From IMG/VR virus record IMGVR_UViG_3300033571_015173, positions 23,815-87,814 of that record: 64,000 nucleotides of DNA; one strand, written 5' to 3'. Below, in pieces: positions 46,303 to 56,326 of the stretch; the stretch's first letter is position 1, and each line of letters starts with the position of its first letter. Origin of the DNA: a virus. The notes below the pieces were generated by a model that ran no database searches, was not told the origin of the DNA, and saw nothing but the letters and a program-made list of their open reading frames with translations. Made by a program: the position numbers and the translations under genes.

Positions 46303-46494
46303 TTAAAACCGTCTAGGATTTACCCTGGCTAGATCTATTGCTGCCTGATCTAATTCTTCACTGTAACCACGAGGAACACTTACACTTACGGATGGATTTA
46401 CGAAAGAATACTGATCCATTCTTTTTCTTGCTATCTCCGTAAGGTTGTTGGCTACCGCTGCTTCAAAGCTGTCTGTACCTGCTATTCTTCCCAT
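46303..46494 (-). CDS. small late protein (MGRIAG family), paralog 1
   Basis: 63 aa; near-duplicate of 46496-46687. Confidence 0.7.
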   Translation of the reverse strand: MGRIAGTDSFEAAVANNLTEIARKRMDQYSFVNPSVSVSVPRGYSEELDQAAIDLARVNPRRF

Positions 46495-46495
46495 A

Positions 46496-46687
46496 TTAAA
46501 ACCGTCTAGGATTTACTCTGGCTAAGTCAATCTCTGCCATGTCCAATTCATCACTATAACCTCTAGGGGTGCTTACACTCACGGAAGAATTGGTAAGCTG
46601 ATTCAATCTTTTTTGAGCTATTCCTGCTATGGTGTCAGCAACGGGGTCTGACGTAAAATATGGATCTGTACCTGCTATTCTTCCCAT
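46496..46687 (-). CDS. small late protein (MGRIAG family), paralog 2
   Basis: 63 aa; ends PRGYS.ELD...IDLARVNPRRF like its neighbour. Confidence 0.7.
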   Translation of the reverse strand: MGRIAGTDPYFTSDPVADTIAGIAQKRLNQLTNSSVSVSTPRGYSDELDMAEIDLARVNPRRF

Positions 46688-46688
46688 G

Positions 46689-47318
46689 TTAACCGGCCCT
46701 CATTGGTGCTGCCCAATATACAAAACCGAAATCAATAGCTCCTGGAGTTCCGAGTACAACAATTTCATTTTTTAGATTCATGCGGGATGGATCGTCTAAA
46801 TAAGCTGTATTTACATCAAAGTAAACCTTATTATAGACTCCCGTTGAATAGTCTTTTGTATTAACGGAACTTCCTTGCTGAGTAAAGGTATCAGTATTAC
46901 TTCTCCAACCCCATCTGATATCTCTATTATTTGTAACATCTTGAGGAGCTGTAGCATTAAACCAAACCCAGACACAGTGAATATACGTGCCAATCATTCC
47001 ATCAGCTAATGGAGAACTATGCAGCGCTCCATTGTTGGAGCTATTGGATGCATTGCTAACAAGCATTGTAGGAGGACCAATCCAGTAAGTTCCATTCCAA
47101 GTATAAGATTCTGCTGGAAGTCCACTAACAACCCTGATCCACTTCTCTCCCAATGTTGGATCTTTAGGAGCTGTCTCTGAAATATATCCGTATTGTTTTC
47201 GGAGGTTTCTTAACGAGTCTCTTATATTAACAAAGTTACCAGTGAGGCTTTGAGTACTTCCTCCTGGTGCTCCAGTTGTTATTCCATTTATTGTCTCAAC
47301 AATATCTTTGTAGTTCAT
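46689..47318 (-). CDS. putative tail/fibre protein
   Basis: APKDPTLGEKW...YTWNGTYW motif shared with the next two genes. Confidence 0.55.
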   Translation of the reverse strand: MNYKDIVETINGITTGAPGGSTQSLTGNFVNIRDSLRNLRKQYGYISETAPKDPTLGEKWIRVVSGLPAESYTWNGTYWIGPPTMLVSNASNSSNNGALHSSPLADGMIGTYIHCVWVWFNATAPQDVTNNRDIRWGWRSNTDTFTQQGSSVNTKDYSTGVYNKVYFDVNTAYLDDPSRMNLKNEIVVLGTPGAIDFGFVYWAAPMRAG

Positions 47319-47920
47319 GCGCTTCTTAGCCTCCTCCAAGCCCAATGCCACATAATAACACTCCATTGCACTGTCTGAGATCCAGCTCTATCATGAGCGA
47401 CAGCAAAATTAAGAGACTCACTAAATAGCCATTTTTCTATATTTGATTGATAGAATTTATTTATTGCGTTTGGAGTCCAATTTTTACTATCTAAGATTGG
47501 CGTTAGATCTCGAATCTTGACGTAACCAGAGTCTCTTACTGTTACCGAAAACTCAAGATAGTTAGTAGGACTGTTGGAAGCGTCAACATAAATTTGTGCC
47601 GAAATGTAGTCAAGTTTTGCTCCTACTATGTCTGTTCCAGACTCCCAATCAAATGGAGCAAAATGCCAAGTTCCATTAAAGTCAACTCTATTTACATTGT
47701 ATACATTGGGTACTGCTGCTGTCCAAGTACCAGAGGAAGTTCTAAGTATTGAACTTCCAACCCAATGAGTCCCATCCCAGGTCCATAAGGACTCCCCTAA
47801 TGAACTGGAATCTTTCCAAAGTGTTCCTGGTGGGACACTAGTTGGTTTCCCCACTGAAACAATGGGAAGACTTTTCTTTAGATTTAGTAACTCTTCATCG
47901 ATCTCTTTGAAGTTACTCAT
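47315..47920 (-). CDS. putative tail/fibre protein
   Basis: PPGTLW...WTWDGTHW motif. Confidence 0.55.
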   Translation of the reverse strand: MSNFKEIDEELLNLKKSLPIVSVGKPTSVPPGTLWKDSSSLGESLWTWDGTHWVGSSILRTSSGTWTAAVPNVYNVNRVDFNGTWHFAPFDWESGTDIVGAKLDYISAQIYVDASNSPTNYLEFSVTVRDSGYVKIRDLTPILDSKNWTPNAINKFYQSNIEKWLFSESLNFAVAHDRAGSQTVQWSVIMWHWAWRRLRSA

Positions 47921-47921
47921 A

Positions 47922-48581
47922 TCACCCTCTAAGCAGCTTATAATAACATGTCAAAAATCCTAGTAATGTGGGTGGAGTTCCAATCATAGTCCATGACATT
48001 CCAATTCGGGGATAAGTCGATCCGTCATATACAGCATTAATAAGGATGCTTGTATTTCTAGTTCCTACGTTTTGTGGAATTTCATTGTGACTTAAAATGG
48101 AAGGTCCGACATTCACTAGAGTATTACTAGTGTTCCATAGAGCACCTTGAAGTTGAAAAGTGTTACTTGCATCGTATGTACCACCAGGAAGCGAACCTGA
48201 TAGTCCAAGTCCTACATACCTATAGCGAGTCCAGTTTGTATTCCCTGGAGCTCCAGCAACAATCCTTTTTGTGGAAGATGTACCGACTGCAAGAAAGCTA
48301 GTTTGGTTGAAGTACAACTGTGTACTTTCCCAATCTGTACCAGTCCAGATCCATGACATGAGTATCGTGTTATTTCTCATCTCCTCCCAAACTGTTCCAA
48401 TAGAAGGAGAGCCGGGAGCAGACGTGGATCTTACTGGAGCATTGCTGACAATTTCACTATCTTTTAGTGCGGCAACAATGCTATCAATATTTTGATTTCC
48501 AACTCGGGGTACTTCAATAGTGCCCCCCTGTTGAGAGGTTAAATCTGCTGCCTTGTTGGTAATTGAACTGTAATTAGACAT
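47922..48581 (-). CDS. putative tail/fibre protein
   Basis: APGSPSIGTVW...WIWTGTDW motif. Confidence 0.55.
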   Translation of the reverse strand: MSNYSSITNKAADLTSQQGGTIEVPRVGNQNIDSIVAALKDSEIVSNAPVRSTSAPGSPSIGTVWEEMRNNTILMSWIWTGTDWESTQLYFNQTSFLAVGTSSTKRIVAGAPGNTNWTRYRYVGLGLSGSLPGGTYDASNTFQLQGALWNTSNTLVNVGPSILSHNEIPQNVGTRNTSILINAVYDGSTYPRIGMSWTMIGTPPTLLGFLTCYYKLLRG

Positions 48582-48594
48582 TACTTTCAACCAG

Positions 48595-49254
48595 TTATAA
48601 AGTCGCGCAATTCAGGATGCCATTACTAGGCAAGCTAAAGTTTAAGGTTGTAGCAGTACCAGAACTCGTTGGAATTGTATAGGTTGCTGCAAGATAAAAG
48701 GTTAGACTATTAGTTCCTGCACCGGTTGCAGGCTTGTCAATTCTAATTGTACTTGAATCAATCTTCTCTCTGACAATGGCACCTGCAGGAATGTAGGTCC
48801 CAGTCAAGGTATCACCTACATTAACAGGACCAAATGCTGCAGTAGAAGTAACTGTTACGGAGTTGTTGCTTGTCGTACAACTAATGTTGGCAGTAGTAGT
48901 GAATTGTAAAGCCGTAATAAAAGGGTCAGTACCAGCATGAGCACCACCCGCTCTCTTGCTTACTGCAAATCCCCAAGCTGAAGGAGTACCTGAGCTTACA
49001 TAAAGGGATGACCATGCAATACTCGTCTCAGTTACATTTAACTTCCAACCACCAGTAATACTAGCAATGGAGTTAATTGTTAGGGTGGGTTGACTTCCAG
49101 TAACGACCACATTCGCAACTGTGGCGCAATCATTCATCGTTGCTGGATTCGATGGAGCTCCTGTGATTAATCGACAATCCAGAGTTCCACTGGTTATATC
49201 CAGAGTTCGATTTGCGATGTTTAAGAGAGTAGTTCCACTTGTAACGGATCCCAT
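48595..49254 (-). CDS. putative virion structural protein
   Basis: Thr/Ser/Gly-rich beta protein in the late block. Confidence 0.55.
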   Translation of the reverse strand: MGSVTSGTTLLNIANRTLDITSGTLDCRLITGAPSNPATMNDCATVANVVVTGSQPTLTINSIASITGGWKLNVTETSIAWSSLYVSSGTPSAWGFAVSKRAGGAHAGTDPFITALQFTTTANISCTTSNNSVTVTSTAAFGPVNVGDTLTGTYIPAGAIVREKIDSSTIRIDKPATGAGTNSLTFYLAATYTIPTSSGTATTLNFSLPSNGILNCATL

Positions 49255-49262
49255 GTTAACTC

Positions 49263-50831
49263 CTATTTAGAATAAAGCCTGAATTCAGTTGTTGAAATAT
49301 ACCCAGATTTTTGCAACCTCCAATATCTTGCTGAAGTTGCAGCAAACGTTGTAACTCCAATATAAGGTGAAGTGTCTGTAGCTCCAGCAGTTGTTGCTAT
49401 TGTATTCCAGTTCACGTCATCAGTAGAGTACTGAATATTTGCACTGTTAGCATAAAGTGCCGTGTTTCCCCAAGATGGTATATTTCCTCCAGCTACTACT
49501 ACTTTATTAACTGATTTACTTTCCCCTAGATCCACCCTTAACCATTCTGACGCAGCATTACCCGTTCCAGCGCCATCAGTAAAAACATTATTTCTAATAT
49601 TTGTTAAAGTTGCTAAAGTCCCAGGATTGGACCATATAGTTGATTGACTTACGGCTGTTGGAATGTGTTCAATGTCATCATCCTCGCTTGAAGCATAATC
49701 ACAGAGTATCATCTCTGAAATTGCCAACCAAGTGCCTCCGCCAGTTAATCTCCAATACCTTGCACTTACTGGAAGAAAATCTCGAAACTGAAGATAGTCA
49801 GCATTTTGAGGAGATTCTATAGTAACAATTGCTGTTGTCCAGGTTGAGTCATCATTAGAATATTCAAGAACTCCATTGGCATATCCATTTGTATTGCCAA
49901 ATCCAGTAAGTGATGTAGATCCTCCCAATAGAATAGCTCTAACAGTTTTAGCACTGCCTAAATCATATTTTATCCATCTATTGCTAGTATCACTTGCAAA
50001 TCCTGTACTTATGTTTCCATCGCTCAATGAGCTATAAGTAGGAGGATTGGGAAAACCAGCATAGACACTACCTACAGTAATTGCGGTTGGAACGTGTCCT
50101 GCAGTAAGATTCAATACTTCAAATCTATTTGCAGCAGCCTGACCAAAAGTAGGTTTGGCAATTTGAACATATCTACCAGTTACAGAACTTCCACTATTAA
50201 CAACAATCGCAAGTTGACCATTTGGAAGAAACGTAGCCCCGTAATTACTAAGGGCATTAGCTGTATATGAAGAGTCACCATAGCTTGGTACGCATCCATT
50301 TGTTTGGTTATAAATATCTCCAAATCCAACGATCTCTGCAGCAGCAAGAATGATATGAGTGAAGGTTCTTATCTCTCCTAGATCTATCTGAACTTTTGCA
50401 TCACTTCCAGCAAAGCCAGTGATAGAACCACTGCCATCCCTATTTGATCCATGTCCACTCATATTTAATGGTGAGCCATCATAACTTCCAACAGGGGATT
50501 CACTAACTATTGTTGGAGCATATAAGGCATTAGCTGGTGCATCTCCAAGAGTGGTAGTGCTTGAGTTACCCCATACTTGAGCAACAGCAGCTCGACTATC
50601 AAAAGTCGCATCTGCAAACAGAGCATAGGACGATCCAATGTTGGAGCCAAAAGCTTGTGCTATTGCTGGACTTCCATATCGGATCGCCGGAACTTTATCG
50701 ACTCCAGATATATCAATGGAGTCAATATAAGCCCTAGCTTGAGCAGCTTGAGCTCTTCTAACTGTCTGAGGAGTTAGCGCTCTACTAAGTATTCCAATGT
50801 TGAATAGGAGACGATTACTAAATGAAGCCAT
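49263..50831 (-). CDS. virion protein with three discoidin (F5/8 type C)-like domains; candidate receptor/carbohydrate-binding protein
   Basis: three (W)xxxDLG...YSxD..W...ARYWRL repeats. Confidence 0.75.
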   Translation of the reverse strand: MASFSNRLLFNIGILSRALTPQTVRRAQAAQARAYIDSIDISGVDKVPAIRYGSPAIAQAFGSNIGSSYALFADATFDSRAAVAQVWGNSSTTTLGDAPANALYAPTIVSESPVGSYDGSPLNMSGHGSNRDGSGSITGFAGSDAKVQIDLGEIRTFTHIILAAAEIVGFGDIYNQTNGCVPSYGDSSYTANALSNYGATFLPNGQLAIVVNSGSSVTGRYVQIAKPTFGQAAANRFEVLNLTAGHVPTAITVGSVYAGFPNPPTYSSLSDGNISTGFASDTSNRWIKYDLGSAKTVRAILLGGSTSLTGFGNTNGYANGVLEYSNDDSTWTTAIVTIESPQNADYLQFRDFLPVSARYWRLTGGGTWLAISEMILCDYASSEDDDIEHIPTAVSQSTIWSNPGTLATLTNIRNNVFTDGAGTGNAASEWLRVDLGESKSVNKVVVAGGNIPSWGNTALYANSANIQYSTDDVNWNTIATTAGATDTSPYIGVTTFAATSARYWRLQKSGYISTTEFRLYSK

Positions 50832-51922
50832 TATGCTAAGTCTCCTGCTAGATACCAGGTGTCAGTAGCTTGCTTCCAAAGAGTCCCAGTTGAATATTGA
50901 ACTCTTAATTTGGTAAAGCTATCAGCAGAAAGAAGTGTCACTCCACCGGCTGGAGTTACAGTAACTTGCCCTGCACCCCCCTGAAGAAGACTGATTACAC
51001 ATCCTACTGGAAACGCAGCAGATGCATTAGTAGGAACTGTTAAGGTGATGGCACTGCCATTGGTCAGTGAAACCATCTTGCTTTGATCGGCTAAGGCAAG
51101 GGTGTATGTCGTGCCTAATTGAGCATTCTGTCCCAGCAGATCTCCAGCAGCACCACTGGTAGTCGAGATGAAACATAGATTGATAGTTGATCCAGTAGTA
51201 AACGCAGTTGTTGTTCCTACTAAGTGGGTAACAGATATTGATTTGTAACTTGCTAAATCTGATATACCATTTACTTGATAAAAAACATAATCCCCCGTAT
51301 CTACATTTACCAATTCAATGTAACTGCCAGCACCGATAATTGACAACGCAGAATCAACAAGAATATTGCTTTTACTAGTTTTAGAAACAGATAAAGATGT
51401 TGCTGCATTAAGATTAGCATTAGCTAACATGTTTTTAGGATCTGGTACACCAATACCCGCATTCCACAGATAGGGCAGGTGAAAACCAGGGGCTCCATTT
51501 GTCCCTGGAAGAGAGTTAACGTAGGTTCCTCCAGATCTGGCATATCGATAAACATCGAAGTCACCAGGAACTGTGAAGTAAGGAACCCAGAGTAAGTTTG
51601 CTAGCCTTCTAACTTCAGCGTAGAAAGCTTCTTCAATCATTTTGATGATTTGAGGATTACGCTGAGATCTTAGGACTGTACGAGTAATATCACCAGCATA
51701 AGTCTCACCCGCAATACTTACTGAAGTATTAGCATTATCAAAGTCTGTATATCGATTTTGACATCGATCAATTTGCTGCTCAATGAGTGTCTTCTGTGTG
51801 TCGTCGGGAATCTCATTAATTGCTTCTTCAATCCGAACTTTGTCACCTGCAGGAATGCCGCCCCCAGTACCCATTAAGAAGAAGCGGCATTTTGACTTAT
51901 AGACTTCGCTAAGAGCTACCAT
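50831..51922 (-). CDS. putative head-tail/neck protein with fibre-like C-terminal domain
   Basis: N-term KSKCRFFL...YAEVRRLANLLWVP; C-term TYTLALAD...ITLTVP...GAGQVTV. Confidence 0.5.
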   Translation of the reverse strand: MVALSEVYKSKCRFFLMGTGGGIPAGDKVRIEEAINEIPDDTQKTLIEQQIDRCQNRYTDFDNANTSVSIAGETYAGDITRTVLRSQRNPQIIKMIEEAFYAEVRRLANLLWVPYFTVPGDFDVYRYARSGGTYVNSLPGTNGAPGFHLPYLWNAGIGVPDPKNMLANANLNAATSLSVSKTSKSNILVDSALSIIGAGSYIELVNVDTGDYVFYQVNGISDLASYKSISVTHLVGTTTAFTTGSTINLCFISTTSGAAGDLLGQNAQLGTTYTLALADQSKMVSLTNGSAITLTVPTNASAAFPVGCVISLLQGGAGQVTVTPAGGVTLLSADSFTKLRVQYSTGTLWKQATDTWYLAGDLA

Positions 51923-52012
51923 AATTTCTTCTCTTGACTTTTTGGAGCTGGCAGTGGCCTGCCTCTATAATAGCTGATAGATGATTAATTGCTAGAGGTA
52001 ACATTCAATAAT

Positions 52013-52786
52013 ATGGTTGAGCAGGATGAAAATCAGGTCTTTTGGCTTGACACTGTTGAAGAATTAGAGGAGGTTGAGGAGTGGGTAGAAAGGCTGTATC
52101 CGGCTGATAGAGGCCGGAGTACGAAGATTCATCCAATAAAATTGGGTGTCTATTTTGGAGAGTTAATACATCTAATTGAGAAGGAAAAAAAGGAATACAA
52201 TAAGAGGTTTGCAAGAAATTATCATAACTTTAAGGGAGCGCAATATAGGCTCAAAGTTCTGTATGGAATTGTTGACACCCTATGTCTTTTATACATGCCG
52301 AACTTCTTAAATATGCCAAAGAGTTCAGGCTTTATTTCTACGACATTTGAGAGGAAAGATAGTACAGAGAACTATCTATCTTTCTTGATTTGTTATCGTT
52401 TTCCACCTGGACAATATGGCGTAGAAGAAGTCGAAGAGTATTATAAGGCAGGTGTAAGAGGGGACGTTAGAGGATTGATCATCAAAGTTTCTGGCCCTAA
52501 TCAAGGGAATATTTTATACGAGATAGAGAAGTTATTGGGCGACAGACTATCAAGAACGGTAGAGAAAATCAATCCTGCAAAAGTCAAATTATCAGCTAAA
52601 GTTAGAGAGGGAGCACCTGTCGTTAATGATCCACTTGTTATCAAGACTCGACCTAAGAAGACAAGAAAAGTCTTAGAGGATCACAAAGACCCAATTACTG
52701 TCAAGGCTTTACCTAAAAACAAGAGAAAAGTCTTAGAGGACCACCAAATCTTCACTCCAACAATTCGCTTTAACTGCCATGAATGA
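52013..52786 (+). CDS. hypothetical protein
   Basis: ORF; duplicated RKVLEDH. Confidence 0.55.
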   Translation: MVEQDENQVFWLDTVEELEEVEEWVERLYPADRGRSTKIHPIKLGVYFGELIHLIEKEKKEYNKRFARNYHNFKGAQYRLKVLYGIVDTLCLLYMPNFLNMPKSSGFISTTFERKDSTENYLSFLICYRFPPGQYGVEEVEEYYKAGVRGDVRGLIIKVSGPNQGNILYEIEKLLGDRLSRTVEKINPAKVKLSAKVREGAPVVNDPLVIKTRPKKTRKVLEDHKDPITVKALPKNKRKVLEDHQIFTPTIRFNCHE

Positions 52787-53063
52787 AAAGAAACAAGCTA
52801 TTTTGGATCTCCTGGTTAAGTATCTGGGAGAGGAGGGGGCTGCGGGTGTTCAACATGGTGCCCGAGCTGCAGCTATTGGAGCTGGCATTCTGGGAACTCT
52901 AGATGCAGGGACCGGGCTTGCTGGATATGGTGACGCTGTTAAATTAGGTGATTATTTAGTCCCCGCTGGTATTGGTGCCGGTATGGGAGCTTGGAGGTAC
53001 AGGAACCAAATGATCGCTAATCCGGGGAATCGGGTAGTTGATGTTGCTGCAGAGGTTGTCTAA
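52779..53063 (+). CDS. Gly/Ala-rich hydrophobic protein
   Basis: glycine-zipper-like; paralog of 15137-15553. Confidence 0.6.
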   Translation: MNEKKQAILDLLVKYLGEEGAAGVQHGARAAAIGAGILGTLDAGTGLAGYGDAVKLGDYLVPAGIGAGMGAWRYRNQMIANPGNRVVDVAAEVV

Positions 53064-53491
53064 TGGCAGGAAGGATCGCCGGATTGATTGAGCCTCTTCT
53101 CTTTACGGGGCTCTCCACTGGAATTGGCCTTATGTCGGGTCAGGGGCTTGGTGAAGCAGTGACGGAAGCGATACCAGGGGTTGCAGGGGCCTATGCGGGT
53201 CAGAACCTGGCAGAGAGGCTTCTACCCGCAGCCAAGGTGAATCTCCGATGGAAGGGCAAGCCATTAACCCATAAGGGAGGTGCTCATGCTGGTGAGCCTC
53301 TATCAATTCATTATGGTGGTATTGGCGGATCGGTATTAGGTGGATGGGCTGGAGCTGATCTGGGAAGTCAGGTGTATAATTCCCTCTATCCGAAGAAGCC
53401 AGGTGAGCAGGAAGCTGTAATTAATCCCGCTCTTTATGCCGCAGATGAAGTAGCATTACCTGGCTGGAATGTCTTGAAAGCTGTTATCTAA
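53063..53491 (+). CDS. glycine-zipper protein with N-terminal GRIAG motif
   Basis: MAGRIAG start; GxxxG repeats. Confidence 0.6.
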   Translation: MAGRIAGLIEPLLFTGLSTGIGLMSGQGLGEAVTEAIPGVAGAYAGQNLAERLLPAAKVNLRWKGKPLTHKGGAHAGEPLSIHYGGIGGSVLGGWAGADLGSQVYNSLYPKKPGEQEAVINPALYAADEVALPGWNVLKAVI

Positions 53492-53498
53492 GACTGAA

Positions 53499-54569
53499 AT
53501 GAAAGACCCAAGGTGTAATATCTGTGAGCATGATCAGTGCTTCCTGAAAACTGCAGCCGACATGCCTTTGACCTTCTGGGCAGTAAACTCAGAAGGTATT
53601 TTCATCTTTGGCGCAGGAAAGCTTTGGGAAGATCTTTATGCGGATTTGATTGGCAAACACTTTCGAGAAGTTTTCGATGGTGAAGTTATCACTTATTACG
53701 AGAAAGTTTTCGAGTTGGATGAGCCTATACGATTTATTATTCGTAATCGTGGTCAAGTATGGGATGTAGTACTAACTAAGACTCCTGATGGAGGATTACA
53801 GGGAGTAGCAATGGTATCCCTTGAAGCTCTTCATCGATTGAACTTGCAAGAGCTTAGACAGGGATTAGCAAATAATGAATTGACGATCTGGTTGCAACCA
53901 ATCGTAGATCTAAGAATCAATAAAATTGTAGGACAGGAAGCCTTATTAAGATGGAATCGCGAAGGAAGGATATTAAGTCCTGGTGAGTTCTTGCATTTTG
54001 CAGATAAAGAGCTATTACAAAAAATCTCTTTATTTGTTGCGCAAGAAGCACTTAAAATGCTTATGACTCAGAGGCTGAAAAATATAGATCATTGGATTGC
54101 AATTAATATAGACCCAAGGATTATAGATCCGCCATTTCTTACGGACTTTGAATCTCATATTTCTGCATCTATGTACCGTAAGCTCTTACATCTGGAGATC
54201 ACTGAAGAGCAAGCATTAGATGAGAATTTATCTTGGTTTCTCGCCTATATGCGAAGAAAGTTTGACCTTAAAGTTAAGGTTGATGATTACGGGTCTAAGG
54301 GCAGTACAGATGCTAGAATTGCTATCTTACCTATTGATGGGGTGAAGTTAGATAGCTCATTACTACAGTCAACACTGAATGACAAAAATGAAAGGAATTA
54401 CGCTTATGAGATGGATCTTAAGCGTAAAATCGAATTTTGTAAGGGACTGGCATTAGAAATTATTGCTGAAGGAGTTGAGACTGAAGCTCAAAAACAATGG
54501 CTTTTAGATAATGGCGTATATCTTGGTCAAGGTTATCTGCTAGGTAGACCAGGAAAGTTTGAACATTAA
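53499..54569 (+). CDS. PAS-like + EAL c-di-GMP phosphodiesterase
   Basis: QPIV, EALLRW, AINI, LEITE, DDYG, VKLD, AEGVET and QGYL all present. Confidence 0.9.
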   Translation: MKDPRCNICEHDQCFLKTAADMPLTFWAVNSEGIFIFGAGKLWEDLYADLIGKHFREVFDGEVITYYEKVFELDEPIRFIIRNRGQVWDVVLTKTPDGGLQGVAMVSLEALHRLNLQELRQGLANNELTIWLQPIVDLRINKIVGQEALLRWNREGRILSPGEFLHFADKELLQKISLFVAQEALKMLMTQRLKNIDHWIAINIDPRIIDPPFLTDFESHISASMYRKLLHLEITEEQALDENLSWFLAYMRRKFDLKVKVDDYGSKGSTDARIAILPIDGVKLDSSLLQSTLNDKNERNYAYEMDLKRKIEFCKGLALEIIAEGVETEAQKQWLLDNGVYLGQGYLLGRPGKFEH

Positions 54570-54591
54570 AAAACCCCGGAAGGACCGGGGT
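54568..54591 (-). terminator. terminator at the convergence of the capsid operon and the EAL gene
   Basis: CCCCGG-AAGGA-CCGGGG with A6 on the + strand (U6 on the - strand). Confidence 0.7.
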
Positions 54592-54632
54592 AGGAAGGAG
54601 GTTACATCATGACATCCGCCGAGATCTAATAC

Positions 54633-55085
54633 TTAAATTCCAGAAAGACCTTCAATATTAACTGGAAGCAGATAGAGTGAAATCCCAAAACCAGTCTGGT
54701 TGGCGGGATTTCCTGCAGCAACCAAACCAATCCTTTCAGTTGGCTTGATAATTAAGGTTGCTTGATTAGTAATTAGAGTGCCTTGAACTGGGGTATTAGC
54801 TGTTGCACTCATATCAATGGTGCTAGCCAATAAATCAGTACCCGATCCAATAGCAACACCAGAAGCCATTTTCCTAACCTGGAGAGTTCCAGAAGTAGAT
54901 GCTGCAGTCCAAGAAGCAGTAACGGCAATCAAACGAAAAGCGGGGACCAAAGTGCCACTTGGGGCAATAAAAAGATTTTCAGGGTAGTTAGCAGCAGTTG
55001 CAGCAGCAGTTCCAACCAGGGAATAATCTATTACCTGGACAACATTTTGCTTGTAATTACGAACCAGATCTTGTACTGAGATCAT
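54633..55085 (-). CDS. putative capsid decoration/structural protein
   Basis: position downstream of the capsid gene; beta-rich. Confidence 0.5.
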   Translation of the reverse strand: MISVQDLVRNYKQNVVQVIDYSLVGTAAATAANYPENLFIAPSGTLVPAFRLIAVTASWTAASTSGTLQVRKMASGVAIGSGTDLLASTIDMSATANTPVQGTLITNQATLIIKPTERIGLVAAGNPANQTGFGISLYLLPVNIEGLSGI

Positions 55086-55111
55086 ACTCTTAACTCCATT
55101 TTCGGTGTGGT

Positions 55112-55567
55112 TTAACTGAAGATAACACCAGGGTTATCTTTTGCAATAGCATCCCAGTTCAGTTGAATATCTGGGTTCAACTCTGCAATATGGGACCAGG
55201 AGCTATACCCATCTTCAGGTTTACGACCAAAGATTCTCTTCGCATAAACCTTGCCTATTCCTACTAATGGAATAAGGTCAGTAGCCGAACTAACATTATT
55301 AATATTGAGAATCGTAATTGATGTCTCCACCTGGGGCGACGGCAAAGACGAAGGAGCTTGCGCTACTGGAACTGGTGAAGATGTAGGACTAGACAAGGGT
55401 GAAGATGCAAGACCTTCTTTTAGTTTTAATTGGGTTGGTAAAGCCTGCATTAGAACAGGATTGGGAACTGCTGGATCTAGAGACTCAGTTACAAAACAGA
55501 AGTCAGAAAAAGATGAAACAAGTCGAACTTCCTTTCCAGTTCCACTGAAGATGTAGGTTTCTGTCAT
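55112..55567 (-). CDS. helix-hairpin-helix (ComEA-like) protein
   Basis: LNINN...DLIPLVGIGKVYAKRI...GY.SW. Confidence 0.7.
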   Translation of the reverse strand: MTETYIFSGTGKEVRLVSSFSDFCFVTESLDPAVPNPVLMQALPTQLKLKEGLASSPLSSPTSSPVPVAQAPSSLPSPQVETSITILNINNVSSATDLIPLVGIGKVYAKRIFGRKPEDGYSSWSHIAELNPDIQLNWDAIAKDNPGVIFS

Positions 55568-55632
55568 GGCTTTAAGGGGAATATTTTGAATGTTAATGGG
55601 AGCTAGCCTGACTAACTCCCACAACATTTGAA

Positions 55633-56292
55633 TTAAGCCCAGGCAGGGATATAATTAACCCCTTGAGTAGGCTTTGCAGGCCGAGCGAGACATTGTTGAG
55701 CAGTGGGAATGTACATTGGGATTTGGTACATGATCCGCACTACTACTAGAGCAATAGTGTTAGCAGCAACGGAAAGACCAGAACCTAATGCAGTACTTCC
55801 ATTGTCGTTATATAGCTCGAATGTAGCATCCGATGCTAGACGGACAGCAAGAGCGCTATCATCACCGATCATGCGAGTTTGCTCAACCGCTTGAGCGACG
55901 AAAGTACTGGATGCTGCAACTGCGGTAACAACGTTACATTTTGTACCATCGTTAGCAGTCCAGTCCCGAGTGTTGTTAGCTACCGCAACAGCCAACTTCA
56001 ATCGGTTGCCGTCTGTTGCTATCAAACCAGATGCAGTTCCACCTAAGGTCGTAGAAGGAATCCGAATCCCCATGCCAATAATCATAGCCCCCGAAGGAAC
56101 CGTGATAGAGGCACTGGAAACATCGGCGCGATCACCCTGGCCCGATCTTTCAATCAATGGCCAGGTTGTACGAACGGTTGAATCAATTTCAGCCACCCGA
56201 ATGACATCTACGAATCGACCAAAAGGCGTATCGTAAGTTTTGGTGCCAGTAACGTGGCTAGTAAAATCACTAAGAAAGCGAACTTCAGTCAT
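55633..56292 (-). CDS. putative capsid cement/decoration protein
   Basis: directly downstream of the major capsid gene. Confidence 0.45.
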   Translation of the reverse strand: MTEVRFLSDFTSHVTGTKTYDTPFGRFVDVIRVAEIDSTVRTTWPLIERSGQGDRADVSSASITVPSGAMIIGMGIRIPSTTLGGTASGLIATDGNRLKLAVAVANNTRDWTANDGTKCNVVTAVAASSTFVAQAVEQTRMIGDDSALAVRLASDATFELYNDNGSTALGSGLSVAANTIALVVVRIMYQIPMYIPTAQQCLARPAKPTQGVNYIPAWA

Positions 56293-56326
56293 TGTTAAGA
56301 TCCCTCGTTTAGCTGATAGTTAAGGA

